In this document: piece by piece, positions 27,606-36,891 of the stretch
How the letters are laid out: each line of letters opens with the position of its first letter
Numbering within the stretch: position 1 is the first letter of the stretch
Assembly (NCBI GenBank): GCA_021791725.1
Contig: JAJYVZ010000001.1
Location: forward strand, 1-58,236
From: Candidatus Micrarchaeota archaeon
GTDB taxonomy: Archaea > Micrarchaeota > Micrarchaeia > Micrarchaeales > CABMGC01
DNA: 58,236 nucleotides
Direction of reading: 5' to 3'
Notes under the pieces: model-generated
Database searches by the model: none
Told to the model about the DNA's origin: nothing
Seen by the model: the letters and a program-made list of their open reading frames with translations, nothing else
Position numbers and translations under genes: made by a program

Positions 27606-29582
27606 CTAATTATTCCTGCCCTTACCTCTCTTCGAGAGGCCAATGTACAACATTGCTAGTAAAATTATTATTAAGATGACCCCAAATATGTTATATATTG
27701 ATATAAACCTGAGCGTAACTCCAGAACCCTTCTCGGCAAGCACGTTTGCCGAAGAGAGGAGATACGATGCCGTTCCGTTTACATATCCGTACGGGATGTC
27801 GCGCAGCGACAGATTTCCGGAATTCCCGGTATAAAATCCATTAGCAGTCCCATTCAGAAATCTCAAGTCGACAAACGCATTTACCGGCAATCCAAAATAA
27901 TCCGAGGTCTTGACGTAAATGTCATAGACTGGAAGTTCTATCGGCACAACAGAAGGCGAGGTTATCCTGAAGCTGAAGTTCACTGGCATTATGGCTCCTT
28001 TGTATGTAGCATTGCTTATGGTCGCGGTGCTGTTTTCGTCAAGAAATATTCTGGACGCTATGAAAGTATGATCTACTGAAAAACCACTGACGTTTATCCT
28101 GTCACCATAGTGGTCTTCCCCAACCAACTCCATCATGTCCTGCTTTTTGAAGACTGTTTTGATTCGGGACGGCCCATTGATTAGAATTCTTATTGATCTG
28201 CTCGTATTGCCGTTGCTCCATCCCTTGAAAGCGTATCTCTCTGACACGCTGACATTGTACAACGTACCTGCCACCGAAAGGTTCGCATAGGTTCCATTCG
28301 CATACCATCCGCTCCCAGAAGCGTTATAATAGTCGGAAGTAGCATTGACATAATACTCCCTTTGCCACAGAGCCCTCAAAATCTCAGGTTGCGAAATAAT
28401 CACGCTCCCGCTGGAGTTCTTGTTCCCGTTGCTCCATCCTGTAAATATCTCTCTGGCAGTGCTGTTCAGATAAACAACAGACTCGTTTACCGAGTATGCC
28501 CCCCCGGCGCCGCTGTCATACCATCCGCTCCCGCTAACGCTTCCATATTGTGATAACAGCGATAGAAGATACTGTGTCTGCCATTCTACGGTCTCTGTTA
28601 TGTTGGATTGCAATATGATGCTCTTTGGATTCTGCGTTCCTGTATAAGAACCCAAACCCTCCCCCATCCATCCCGCAAAAAGCTCTCTTGCGGAGCTTGT
28701 TATGTTTACAATCCTCTGCGCAGAAAGATTTATCTGCGAATTCCCTATGTACTGCTGCTGGCTACTAAGGTTTCCGAATGGAGATTTTATGTTTAATTCA
28801 AAAGCCGATTTCCATAACAAGACGCCGTTCATCGGCTGTGCCAGACCTGATCCAACCCTGAAGTAATTAGCCAAGTTGCCAACCTCTCCGACACCGTAAC
28901 TGTTCTTCAGGGTCTGGAGACTGCCAACCCCGTATCCTATATATGCCGAGGCTTCAGGGACCGATAGGTATTGTCCATCCTGGAATACCGAGAAGTTCTT
29001 GAATGCGACGTCACTAAGTTGCTGCGAGTTTGTGCTTGCATTGGCCAATTCGCCGAAAGCAACAGGCGCATTGGGCCCAGAATTCGGATTCCCTATGCTT
29101 GTCGAGCCTATGTTATTCCCGTCAAAATTGAAGTAATACCTGCCATTCGAGTAATAAAAATAATATCTATGGAATGTACCGTTTCTGCCGGCGGATCCGT
29201 CTGGTCCTATGGCTCCCATGAAACTGTCGTTGTTTCCAGGAGGAAAATATTCGTAGAACCACTCCGGACTGCCAGCATGGAGGAGTTCATAGTTCCTGCA
29301 GGAAGTGGCATCGCATAAAGCAGGATAGTTGGCTGTCTGGTTCTCTATAAGGTAGCCAATCTGAAGAAACGAACCATCAGGCATGTCTTCGCCTACCCAG
29401 TAAGCCAGCGATCCAATACCTATGTGCTGATCTATTGTCTGCAGTGTTACTCCGGCTCCGGTGTTCTGGTCTGCCGAAATGCCTGCCCTTGCGCCGAACT
29501 GGAACCAGTATTCCGCATGCGCCATGAAAACGGCGCCAGTAAGCATTATGAAAAACGCAAGTCTGACGCTAGATCCGTTCAT
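27606..29582 (-). CDS. Surface protein: signal peptide, glutamic-peptidase-like N-terminal domain, repeated beta-sandwich modules, C-terminal TM anchor
   Basis: FLQIGY / EWFYEYFP / AFGE motifs; repeated GSGWY...F.GWS modules; terminal hydrophobic helix with basic tail. Confidence 0.7.
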   Translation of the reverse strand: MNGSSVRLAFFIMLTGAVFMAHAEYWFQFGARAGISADQNTGAGVTLQTIDQHIGIGSLAYWVGEDMPDGSFLQIGYLIENQTANYPALCDATSCRNYELLHAGSPEWFYEYFPPGNNDSFMGAIGPDGSAGRNGTFHRYYFYYSNGRYYFNFDGNNIGSTSIGNPNSGPNAPVAFGELANASTNSQQLSDVAFKNFSVFQDGQYLSVPEASAYIGYGVGSLQTLKNSYGVGEVGNLANYFRVGSGLAQPMNGVLLWKSAFELNIKSPFGNLSSQQQYIGNSQINLSAQRIVNITSSARELFAGWMGEGLGSYTGTQNPKSIILQSNITETVEWQTQYLLSLLSQYGSVSGSGWYDSGAGGAYSVNESVVYLNSTAREIFTGWSNGNKNSSGSVIISQPEILRALWQREYYVNATSDYYNASGSGWYANGTYANLSVAGTLYNVSVSERYAFKGWSNGNTSRSIRILINGPSRIKTVFKKQDMMELVGEDHYGDRINVSGFSVDHTFIASRIFLDENSTATISNATYKGAIMPVNFSFRITSPSVVPIELPVYDIYVKTSDYFGLPVNAFVDLRFLNGTANGFYTGNSGNLSLRDIPYGYVNGTASYLLSSANVLAEKGSGVTLRFISIYNIFGVILIIILLAMLYIGLSKRGKGRNN

Positions 29583-29852
29583 GCTACATTCCGGTATCGT
29601 GCGGCATCCTCCATCCGTGCCTCTGCCAGTTCCACGCATTTTATATCATTATTCGTATTTATACACTTTTCTGCGGTTCGCTCCCATCTGGCTCCCGAAA
29701 GGAACTCTCTGAATGCGGTGCGGGAGTTCCAGCTTAACTTGTCAAATGTTTTGTTTGAATAAACGAATGTTCCGGATAATGCTCGGATGTATGAATGCCG
29801 TAATAAAATCATATTCCTGGATGCTGCTCCTTCCGTTGCCTTCATCGCAGCC

Positions 29853-30761
29853 TCATCTGAGCGAGGCGATTATCCCGTCGATTATGCCGTGCGCGCCAAT
29901 TCCTCCCGTCGCACGCACCGATATCCTGTGGCTCAGTATGGGCTTTGCCAGGAACTTTATGTCGTCCCTTGCGACCTCCTTCCTTCCAGAGAGGTATGCG
30001 CGGGCCTTTGAGCAGTTCATGAATGCCAGGTCTGCCCTGGGGCTTGCCCCCATGACGACATGTATCTCTTTCCTCGTTGCGTCGACAATCTGCGTTATGT
30101 ACTCTGCCACGTCGTCTGGCAGGGTTACGGCCTTTGCATCCTGCTGCATGCCCATCACGTCGTTGGCATCTATCACTTTCTTTATGGAATACGTCTCTTC
30201 CTTCTCCTTGAGCCGCATCATCTCCTGCTCCTCCTTCATGTTCGGGTAATCTACGTCGATCTTCATTATGAACCTGTCTGCAAGCACCTTGGGCAGCGGC
30301 TCGGTTCCCTCTATCTTCAGGGGGTTCTGCGTAGCGAATGTTATGAACGGCTTCGGGAGTTGGAAGTCCCTGCCCCCTACTGTCACCTGCCTTTCCTCAA
30401 GCGTCTCCAGGAGCGCGGACATCGTCTTTGGCTGCGTCCTGTTCAGTTCGTCGACAAGCAGCATGTTAGTGAATATCGGGCCTCTCCTGAACTGCACGTT
30501 GCCGATCTCGTCCCTGTAGGTGTATCCGGTTATGTCGGAAGGTACCAGATCCGGAGTGCCCTGCACCCTCTTGAAGTCAGCGCTCACCGCGGAGGCAAGC
30601 GCCTTTGTCATAGTAGTCTTCGCCACTCCCGGCACGCCTTCGAGAAGCGCGTGCCCGTTTGCCACGATGGCTATTATCATGAGCTCTATCGTCTCGTCCT
30701 TTCCGGCTATATGCTTCTTTACCTCGTCCCTAATCTCTTGGAACACAGTGGCCCCGTCCAT
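29853..30761 (-). CDS. MoxR family AAA+ ATPase
   Basis: GHALLEGVPGVAKT, TPDLVPSDITG, GPIF, DELNR, ATQNP..EGT.PLP...DRF, GASPR. Confidence 0.95.
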   Translation of the reverse strand: MDGATVFQEIRDEVKKHIAGKDETIELMIIAIVANGHALLEGVPGVAKTTMTKALASAVSADFKRVQGTPDLVPSDITGYTYRDEIGNVQFRRGPIFTNMLLVDELNRTQPKTMSALLETLEERQVTVGGRDFQLPKPFITFATQNPLKIEGTEPLPKVLADRFIMKIDVDYPNMKEEQEMMRLKEKEETYSIKKVIDANDVMGMQQDAKAVTLPDDVAEYITQIVDATRKEIHVVMGASPRADLAFMNCSKARAYLSGRKEVARDDIKFLAKPILSHRISVRATGGIGAHGIIDGIIASLR

Positions 30762-30875
30762 GCTTGCACCATCGCCGTGTCGGCAATCTGATTTGCGTGC
30801 GAAAAGTATTTATAATTGATAAAACAAGAGGAATAACGGATTTCAATAGGCTTAGTAGATTCAGCCGATGATTGC

Positions 30876-31214
30876 ATGATAGGCAAAAACACAGGGGAAA
30901 CAAGGCCAGTATCAGTGCCGGTCGCGTTCGACATACTTGAGAAAAGGAAGAAGGAGAGCGAGCTTGGATACGAGCAGCAGCTCGCGTTCGAGCATGGAGA
31001 GAAGGCCGCGCTGCTCAGCAGGGAGAAGGCAGAGAAGCTAGAGAAGGAACTTGTCGAATTGGGGGTGAAGGTAAAGACTGCGATAAAGATAGTGGACGTA
31101 ATGCCGCTAAACGAGACGCAGCTAAGGCAGGTCCTTGTGATAGAGAAGAGACAGGTGGAGGACGAGGACGTGAAGAAGCTCCTAGAGGCAGTAAGCAAAT
31201 ACAGGGAAAAGTAA
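30876..31214 (+). CDS. rpoF: DNA-directed RNA polymerase subunit Rpo4 (RpoF)
   Basis: ELGYEQQLAFEH, AIKIVDVMP...LRQVL; followed by DUF655 as in the conserved cluster. Confidence 0.9.
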   Translation: MIGKNTGETRPVSVPVAFDILEKRKKESELGYEQQLAFEHGEKAALLSREKAEKLEKELVELGVKVKTAIKIVDVMPLNETQLRQVLVIEKRQVEDEDVKKLLEAVSKYREK

Positions 31215-31238
31215 TCCCATGGAAGCGCGGTGCGGCAT

Positions 31239-31823
31239 ATGTATGAGAGAGAACAGCCCAGAAAGGAGAGCCTTGAAGATTATGCAATAGTGCTAGACTA
31301 TCTGCCTACAGGCAAATCCTTCTCAGTCAAGTCCGAGCCGATAACGCAGCTCCTTGGGGAGGAGAGGTTTACGCTTCTTGAGGCTATCCTCAAGCCCGGA
31401 ACAGGAGTGAAGAACGAGGAAAGGGTGTACATAGGCAAGGGCGAACGCGACAAGATACAGCTCATAAAATTGCGCATAACGTACAACGAGCTCACAGAAG
31501 GCGCGCGCAATGAGCTTCCGCACGCGATATCGCAGATAATAAAGGGCAACGAGAAGAGATTCATAGACTTCTTCAACGGCGCAGGGCCCATAAACATACG
31601 TGAGCACTCGCTTGAGTTGCTTCCTGGAATAGGCAAGCGATACCTCAACGCGATACTCAAGGCCAGGGAGGAGAAGCCCTTCGAGAGCTTCCAGGACATG
31701 TCAGGAAGGGTGCAGCTGCTTCAGGATCCGGTAAGGCTGCTTGTGGAGAGGGTTATCATGGAGCTCAAGGGAGAGAGCAGGTTCTACATACTCACAAGGC
31801 CGTACAGCAGGAGATACGAATAG
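31239..31823 (+). CDS. DUF655 putative RNA-binding protein
   Basis: EDYAIVLDYLP.G, FTLLE, FIDFFN.AGPI..R.HSLELLPGIG. Confidence 0.93.
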   Translation: MYEREQPRKESLEDYAIVLDYLPTGKSFSVKSEPITQLLGEERFTLLEAILKPGTGVKNEERVYIGKGERDKIQLIKLRITYNELTEGARNELPHAISQIIKGNEKRFIDFFNGAGPINIREHSLELLPGIGKRYLNAILKAREEKPFESFQDMSGRVQLLQDPVRLLVERVIMELKGESRFYILTRPYSRRYE

Positions 31824-31902
31824 ATTTCCGGTTTAGCTGGCTTATGCTTGGGGCACAACTGGCAATAACACGAATGGATAGGGCTGGCCATCCCTGCCGT
31901 TT

Positions 31903-32193
31903 CTAGGAATGTCTCTCAATATGCCTCTGCTGCGCTATTATCTTTCTGGTTAGCGACTTAGAGGTCTTTATCTCGACTACGTATGCAGAGCCCCTTTTTT
32001 CTATTACTCTGCCAACCTTTCCCCTGTACCTCGGATGCGGTATGTCGGCGGTGTTGCCTTTTGGCACTATGACTACATTGTCTCCTATACTGAACTTCTT
32101 TATCCGATTTGCTATAGTTAGGGATGATGCTTTGTGGTGCTTTGAGAGCCTTCTCGTCCTCCTTGCGAATATTCCTTTTGACATGCCGGCCAC
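31903..32193 (-). CDS. rpl21e: 50S ribosomal protein eL21
   Basis: SKG...RTR, F..GD.V.I, PHPRYRGKVG.V...RG.AY.V. Confidence 0.93.
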   Translation of the reverse strand: MAGMSKGIFARRTRRLSKHHKASSLTIANRIKKFSIGDNVVIVPKGNTADIPHPRYRGKVGRVIEKRGSAYVVEIKTSKSLTRKIIAQQRHIERHS

Positions 32194-32270
32194 TTCTTTT
32201 CCTTCTTCTTATTGCAGGCTACATTTTATAATACTTCCTGAAGGCGCCTGGATTTTATGCTCCCCGCCTG

Positions 32271-32693
32271 TTAGTTGTTAGATGTTTTTACGACTCTGAT
32301 CTCCCTGTTTAAAAACAATTCAACGGCGTTTTCGTAAACCATCTTTCCGTTCTCGTCCTTTTTGACTGAGTTGTTGCACGATAATACGGCCCGTTTTACA
32401 ACCGGGGCGACAGGCGATGTTACAGTTACGAAATTGTATATCAGCGTAACCACCGCGTTGCACTCCTCTGTCAGAAATCTCGCTATGTCTATCTTATTGC
32501 TTGCGAACGCCAGCATTGCAGCGGTCTTCCCATCCGCATCCTTTGCATCTATGTTGCCCCCCAGGGCCTTGATGTCCCTTGCCAGCTTCTTCACGTCCTC
32601 GATCCTGCCGTTTCTTGCGGCTTCCCTGAGCCCAGATTCCTTTGCTGCCTTCACTGTTTCTATAAGCGGATCTTTTCCAGAGAAACTCTCCAT
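32271..32693 (-). CDS. Short ankyrin-repeat protein
   Basis: LREAARNGRIEDVKKL; NIDAKDADGKTAAMLA...DIARFL. Confidence 0.8.
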   Translation of the reverse strand: MESFSGKDPLIETVKAAKESGLREAARNGRIEDVKKLARDIKALGGNIDAKDADGKTAAMLAFASNKIDIARFLTEECNAVVTLIYNFVTVTSPVAPVVKRAVLSCNNSVKKDENGKMVYENAVELFLNREIRVVKTSNN

Positions 32694-32756
32694 AAAATCA
32701 TGTAGCGTGCTCCGAATAGCTATATATATCTTTAGTGTAATATTCTATCGGTAACG

Positions 32757-33062
32757 ATGGCGAAGGCGAAGAGAGGGAAAGGAAGGGTGCTTAGGCCTGA
32801 CTTCAGGGTCGAGAACATAGTGGCAAGCGCAGACCTTGGGGTAGACCTTGACCTCTACAGCATAGCAAAGGCCTCTCCGGATATAGACTACGAGCCCGAG
32901 CAGTTCCCGGGAGCGATATGCAAGATCCATGAGCCGAAGACCGCGCTTCTCCTATTCAAGAACGGGAAGATAATCTGCACAGGCGCGAAGACCGAGGCCG
33001 ACATAAGAAGGGCCATAGACAAGGCAATAAAGATAATAAGGAACTATACGCTTGCAAGCTAG
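32757..33062 (+). CDS. Single-repeat TATA-box-binding protein (half-TBP, 101 aa)
   Basis: ENIVASADL..DLDL..IA....YEPEQFPG....EPK.ALLLF.NGKIICTGAK is exactly one TBP repeat; TATA-like element about 30 nt upstream. Confidence 0.92.
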   Translation: MAKAKRGKGRVLRPDFRVENIVASADLGVDLDLYSIAKASPDIDYEPEQFPGAICKIHEPKTALLLFKNGKIICTGAKTEADIRRAIDKAIKIIRNYTLAS

Positions 33063-33264
33063 TTTTAAGGCGAATCTTAGATATTATCTTAGATGACTCT
33101 TTATCCCCCTTTGCACTTTTTGATCTTTGAAACCTTGACATGCTTGGATCGTTGAAATAGCAATTCCCTGAAATTGGACAATGAAACCTTCCTCTCACGA
33201 CGAAAGACGTTGTCCTGCCTATGGGAGATATTCCGGGAGTGGCCTTTTCCAGGAAGAAAAACTT

Positions 33265-33915
33265 TTATCTCCCGTGCTTCTTTATCCTCTTCGTGGCAAA
33301 ATAGTACAGTGCATACATGGCTATGGCGAACGCTGCCACCTCGATGAAGATTACAGTCAGATTTGAGGTCGAGAGCGCATAATATCCGAACATTACAAGT
33401 ATAGTGTTCCATATCAGCATGCCTGCTATCGAATAGAGTATGAACTTCTTCTGGTCCATGAATGCGAATCCAGCCACAAGGCTCACAAGGCCGCGCACCT
33501 CGGGTATGAACCTTGCTATGAAGACCGCGAACGCGCCATTGGACGAGAACCATCTGTCGAACGAATCAAGAGATCCCTTCTTTATCCTGAATGTTGAGAG
33601 GTGCCTGTAAATTATGTCCTTTCCAACAAAGTACGCCAAGAAGTAGTTTATCTCCATCCCCACGAAGCTCGCTATCGTAACAACGATTATCGAAAGCACC
33701 ATTGCCAAGAAAGGGTTTGGATTGAGGAGCCCCTGCGCGGAGAGATAGCCTGCTAGGGGCAGCACGATCTCGCTTGGTATGGGCAGCGACGCACTCTCCA
33801 TAGCCATGAGGAGGAACAGGGCCAGATACCCGTAGCCCTTTACGAAAGAGGCAAGCGAAGAGTAAGATATCATGCTTAATATGCCTGATGCAGATAGCAA
33901 TAAAATAGAGCTCAT
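33265..33915 (-). CDS. DedA family membrane protein
   Basis: ESASLPIPSEIVLPLAG, WF...GAFAVFIARFIP.VR.LVS..AG. Confidence 0.93.
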   Translation of the reverse strand: MSSILLLSASGILSMISYSSLASFVKGYGYLALFLLMAMESASLPIPSEIVLPLAGYLSAQGLLNPNPFLAMVLSIIVVTIASFVGMEINYFLAYFVGKDIIYRHLSTFRIKKGSLDSFDRWFSSNGAFAVFIARFIPEVRGLVSLVAGFAFMDQKKFILYSIAGMLIWNTILVMFGYYALSTSNLTVIFIEVAAFAIAMYALYYFATKRIKKHGR

Positions 33916-33956
33916 GGTATTATATGACTAATACATTTTAAAAAAGATTTGAGAGT

Positions 33957-35015
33957 ATGCGAGTAATAAGATTCAACGATGTTGAGAACAGACTGAAGCT
34001 GCAGGTCGATTCGTTCGACGACCTTTATCTGGTGGAGAGGATACTTTCAGGAGGGGACATGGCGGAGTCCAGAAGCTTTAGGAGGTTCAGGGGGAACGAG
34101 GAGGATGTTGGGGAGCAGAAGGAAGTTGTGGTGAAGATAGATGTTGAGAAGATTGAGCTTGACAGGGGAGCACAGAAACTGCGCATAAACGGCAGAATAG
34201 TAAGCGGAAGGCCTGAGGAATACATAAAGATAGGCGGCTACCACACGCTGAACATAGGCAGCAGGGACGTCATAGAGATAGAGAAGAAAGAATGGAAGAG
34301 CTACATACTAAGAAGGATAAAACAGGCGGTTGACGATACTAAGAGGCCTAGGCTGGCCATAGTCGCCATGGACGAGGAGAAGGCGACGTTCGCATACGTC
34401 AAGGGATACGGCATAGACGTGATAACCGAGATCTACAGCCATCTTAGCAAGAGGATGAAGGAGAAGGACTTCCTCAAAACCAGGGAGGATTACTTCAATG
34501 AGATAATCAACGGCATTGGAAATCTTGACGTTGAGATAGTCGTGCTGGCAGGGCCCGGATTCACAAAGGATGACATAAAGAGATACATGAATGAGAAGGA
34601 GATAAGCGCTGGCAAGAAGCTGCTATATGTACAGGCGGGGGACGCTGAGAGGAGCGGAATAAGGGAGGCGGCGCAGAGCGAGGAGGTTGCAAAGGCAGTT
34701 GAGCAACAGCAGGTAAAGAAGGAATTCGATCTTCTGAACGCGTTCATGGCCGGACTTAGGACAAACGCCTCGTTTTACGGAAACAACGAAGTTACAAAAT
34801 CGTTGGAATCATATGTTGCCGGAGTTGTGCTTGTTAATGACAGCGTATTGAACATCAAAGATTTTCAGCGCGTGCTTGACGTGGCTGACAGCCAGAAGGT
34901 AAGGATAGAGATATTCAATTCCGAGGATGAAGCAGGAAAACAGCTTAGGGGCTTCAGGGATATAGCAAGCATAAGCAGGAAGATTCTGGAAGGGGACAGG
35001 GATCTGCGCGTGTAA
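33957..35015 (+). CDS. pelA: Pelota/Dom34 ribosome rescue factor
   Basis: DDLY.V..I...GD, LRING.I, G.YHTLNI, LAGPGFTK, AGKQL.GF. Confidence 0.95.
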   Translation: MRVIRFNDVENRLKLQVDSFDDLYLVERILSGGDMAESRSFRRFRGNEEDVGEQKEVVVKIDVEKIELDRGAQKLRINGRIVSGRPEEYIKIGGYHTLNIGSRDVIEIEKKEWKSYILRRIKQAVDDTKRPRLAIVAMDEEKATFAYVKGYGIDVITEIYSHLSKRMKEKDFLKTREDYFNEIINGIGNLDVEIVVLAGPGFTKDDIKRYMNEKEISAGKKLLYVQAGDAERSGIREAAQSEEVAKAVEQQQVKKEFDLLNAFMAGLRTNASFYGNNEVTKSLESYVAGVVLVNDSVLNIKDFQRVLDVADSQKVRIEIFNSEDEAGKQLRGFRDIASISRKILEGDRDLRV

Positions 35016-35085
35016 GCCCCAACAATGGATATCCTGGCAGATGGTCTCGCAGTTGGAATATACGCCAAAACCAAACGGCATGATG

Positions 35086-35325
35086 TCAGGAAAGTAAGTG
35101 CGAACGGCGCAATGGGGCAACGATGCCAAGCGCAGCTGCCGTGATGTCGTATCCTTCAAAGATGTTGGCGATTCTGTTTATGGTACTGCTTGCCTCAACT
35201 ATTATTTTCGAACCATCCACTTTTCCAAAAAAGGTAGAGAACCTGTCTTTTGTCGTTGTCACATACCCCTCTGTACACACCTCCCCGTTGTTTTCCACAA
35301 CGATATAACTACTTTTCTTTCCCAC
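35086..35325 (-). CDS. Small hypothetical protein
   Basis: 79-aa ORF in an intergenic gap with a TATA-like element upstream. Confidence 0.35.
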   Translation of the reverse strand: MGKKSSYIVVENNGEVCTEGYVTTTKDRFSTFFGKVDGSKIIVEASSTINRIANIFEGYDITAAALGIVAPLRRSHLLS

Positions 35326-35522
35326 ATCTATTGCTGTCTTCTTGCGTATCTTATAAAATATGGAATGTGAGGGGGATTTGGTGATACAATCGAATGACGA
35401 TGGCGATTCTATGTAAATGTCAAGTCCCTACTATCTTATATGCGCAGATGTATTATTAAACTCTTTTGTGATAATATTAAGAAACGTCTCAGATTCTTGC
35501 CGGTATTTTATCTGTGGTCCGC

Positions 35523-36869
35523 ATGGGAATGCTTGGGGACATGAAAGTCGCTGATCCTGAGATATACAAGGCTATACGGAAGGAGCTCAAGAGGCAGAGG
35601 GAGTACCTGGAGATGATACCTTCCGAGAACTTCGCAAGCATGAACGTGCTCAGGGCCTCTGGCACAATGCTGAACAACAAATACTCTGAGGGGTATCCGG
35701 GGAAGAGGTATTACGGGGGGAACGAGTTTGTAGACGTGATAGAAAGACTTGCAATCGAAAGGGCGAGGAAGCTGTTTGGCGTACCGCACGCAAACGTTCA
35801 GCCTTATTCCGGTTCTCCTGCCAACTTCGCGGTTTATTCTGCCTTGTGCAGTCCTGGAGACGCGATAATGGGGCTGAATCTTACCGACGGAGGGCATCTT
35901 ACCCATGGGTGGAAGGCAAGCATAACCGGCAGGTTCTTCAGAAGCGTGCCATATCATGTAAAAGAGGACGGTTACATAGATATCCAGGAGGCTAGAAGGC
36001 TTGCCATTGAGAACAGGCCGAGATTGATATGGATAGGATCTACTGCATACACGCGGGAACTGCCGTTTGAGGAATTTGCAACGATAGCGGATGAATGCGG
36101 GGCTTACCTTGTTGCGGACATATCGCATGTTGCAGGGCTTGTGGCGGCAGGGGTGCACAAGAGCCCAGCTCAACACGCGCATATAATAACTACGACAACG
36201 CACAAGACCCTTCGCGGGCCAAGGGGCGCAATGATAATGGTTACGGAAAAGGGCCAGCGCAAGGATCCCGAGCTTCCAGACAGGATTGACAAGGCGGTCT
36301 TCCCAGGCTTGCAAGGAGGGCCGCACGATCATACCACAGCTGCGATAGCCGTAGCGCTGCTTGAAGCATCGACGCCAGAATTTGCTGACTATGCAAGGCA
36401 GGTAGTGAAGAACGCAAAGATGCTAGGAGAGGAGCTTATGCGGAAAGGCGTAAAGCTTGTCACCAACGGCACTGACAACCACATGCTGCTTATAAATCTT
36501 ACGCCGTTCGGAAAGAGCAGAGGGGTCTTGGCGCAGGAGGCATTGGAAGCGGCAGGGATAGTGGCGAACAAGAACACAATACCAAAGGAGCCTGGAAGCC
36601 CGTTCTATCCCAGCGGGATAAGGATAGGAACCCCCGCAATAACCACGCGCGGAATGAGAGAAGGCGAGATGAGGGAGATAGCCGGGATTATGGCTGAGGT
36701 CCTGAATCAGGCAAAGGACTACGAACTACCGGAAGACGCCGCGAAGAGAGAGGCTTACATGAGGAGATACAGGAAGGAGATCAAGGCAAACAAAGCGATA
36801 AAAGATGCGAGAATAAAGACGCTGGAGCTATGCTCAAGATTTCCTCTATATCCGGAGATGAGGCTTTGA
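35523..36869 (+). CDS. glyA: Serine hydroxymethyltransferase, bacterial-type
   Basis: SENF, NKYSEGYPGKRYYGG, GGHLTHG, TTTTHKTLRGPRG, GTDNH, SGIRIGTPA. Confidence 0.97.
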   Translation: MGMLGDMKVADPEIYKAIRKELKRQREYLEMIPSENFASMNVLRASGTMLNNKYSEGYPGKRYYGGNEFVDVIERLAIERARKLFGVPHANVQPYSGSPANFAVYSALCSPGDAIMGLNLTDGGHLTHGWKASITGRFFRSVPYHVKEDGYIDIQEARRLAIENRPRLIWIGSTAYTRELPFEEFATIADECGAYLVADISHVAGLVAAGVHKSPAQHAHIITTTTHKTLRGPRGAMIMVTEKGQRKDPELPDRIDKAVFPGLQGGPHDHTTAAIAVALLEASTPEFADYARQVVKNAKMLGEELMRKGVKLVTNGTDNHMLLINLTPFGKSRGVLAQEALEAAGIVANKNTIPKEPGSPFYPSGIRIGTPAITTRGMREGEMREIAGIMAEVLNQAKDYELPEDAAKREAYMRRYRKEIKANKAIKDARIKTLELCSRFPLYPEMRL

Positions 36870-36891
36870 AGATAATGCATATGTCCGGGCT

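Noticed and set aside
29700..29730. Hairpin GGAACTC...GAGTTCC between moxR and the surface-protein gene
   Set aside because: A single short stem with no other support; could be chance or an ordinary terminator
33063..33264. Second TBP repeat hidden by a frameshift, or a ribozyme in this gap
   Set aside because: No TBP-like residues seen in any frame, and no hammerhead core (CUGAUGA...GAAA)
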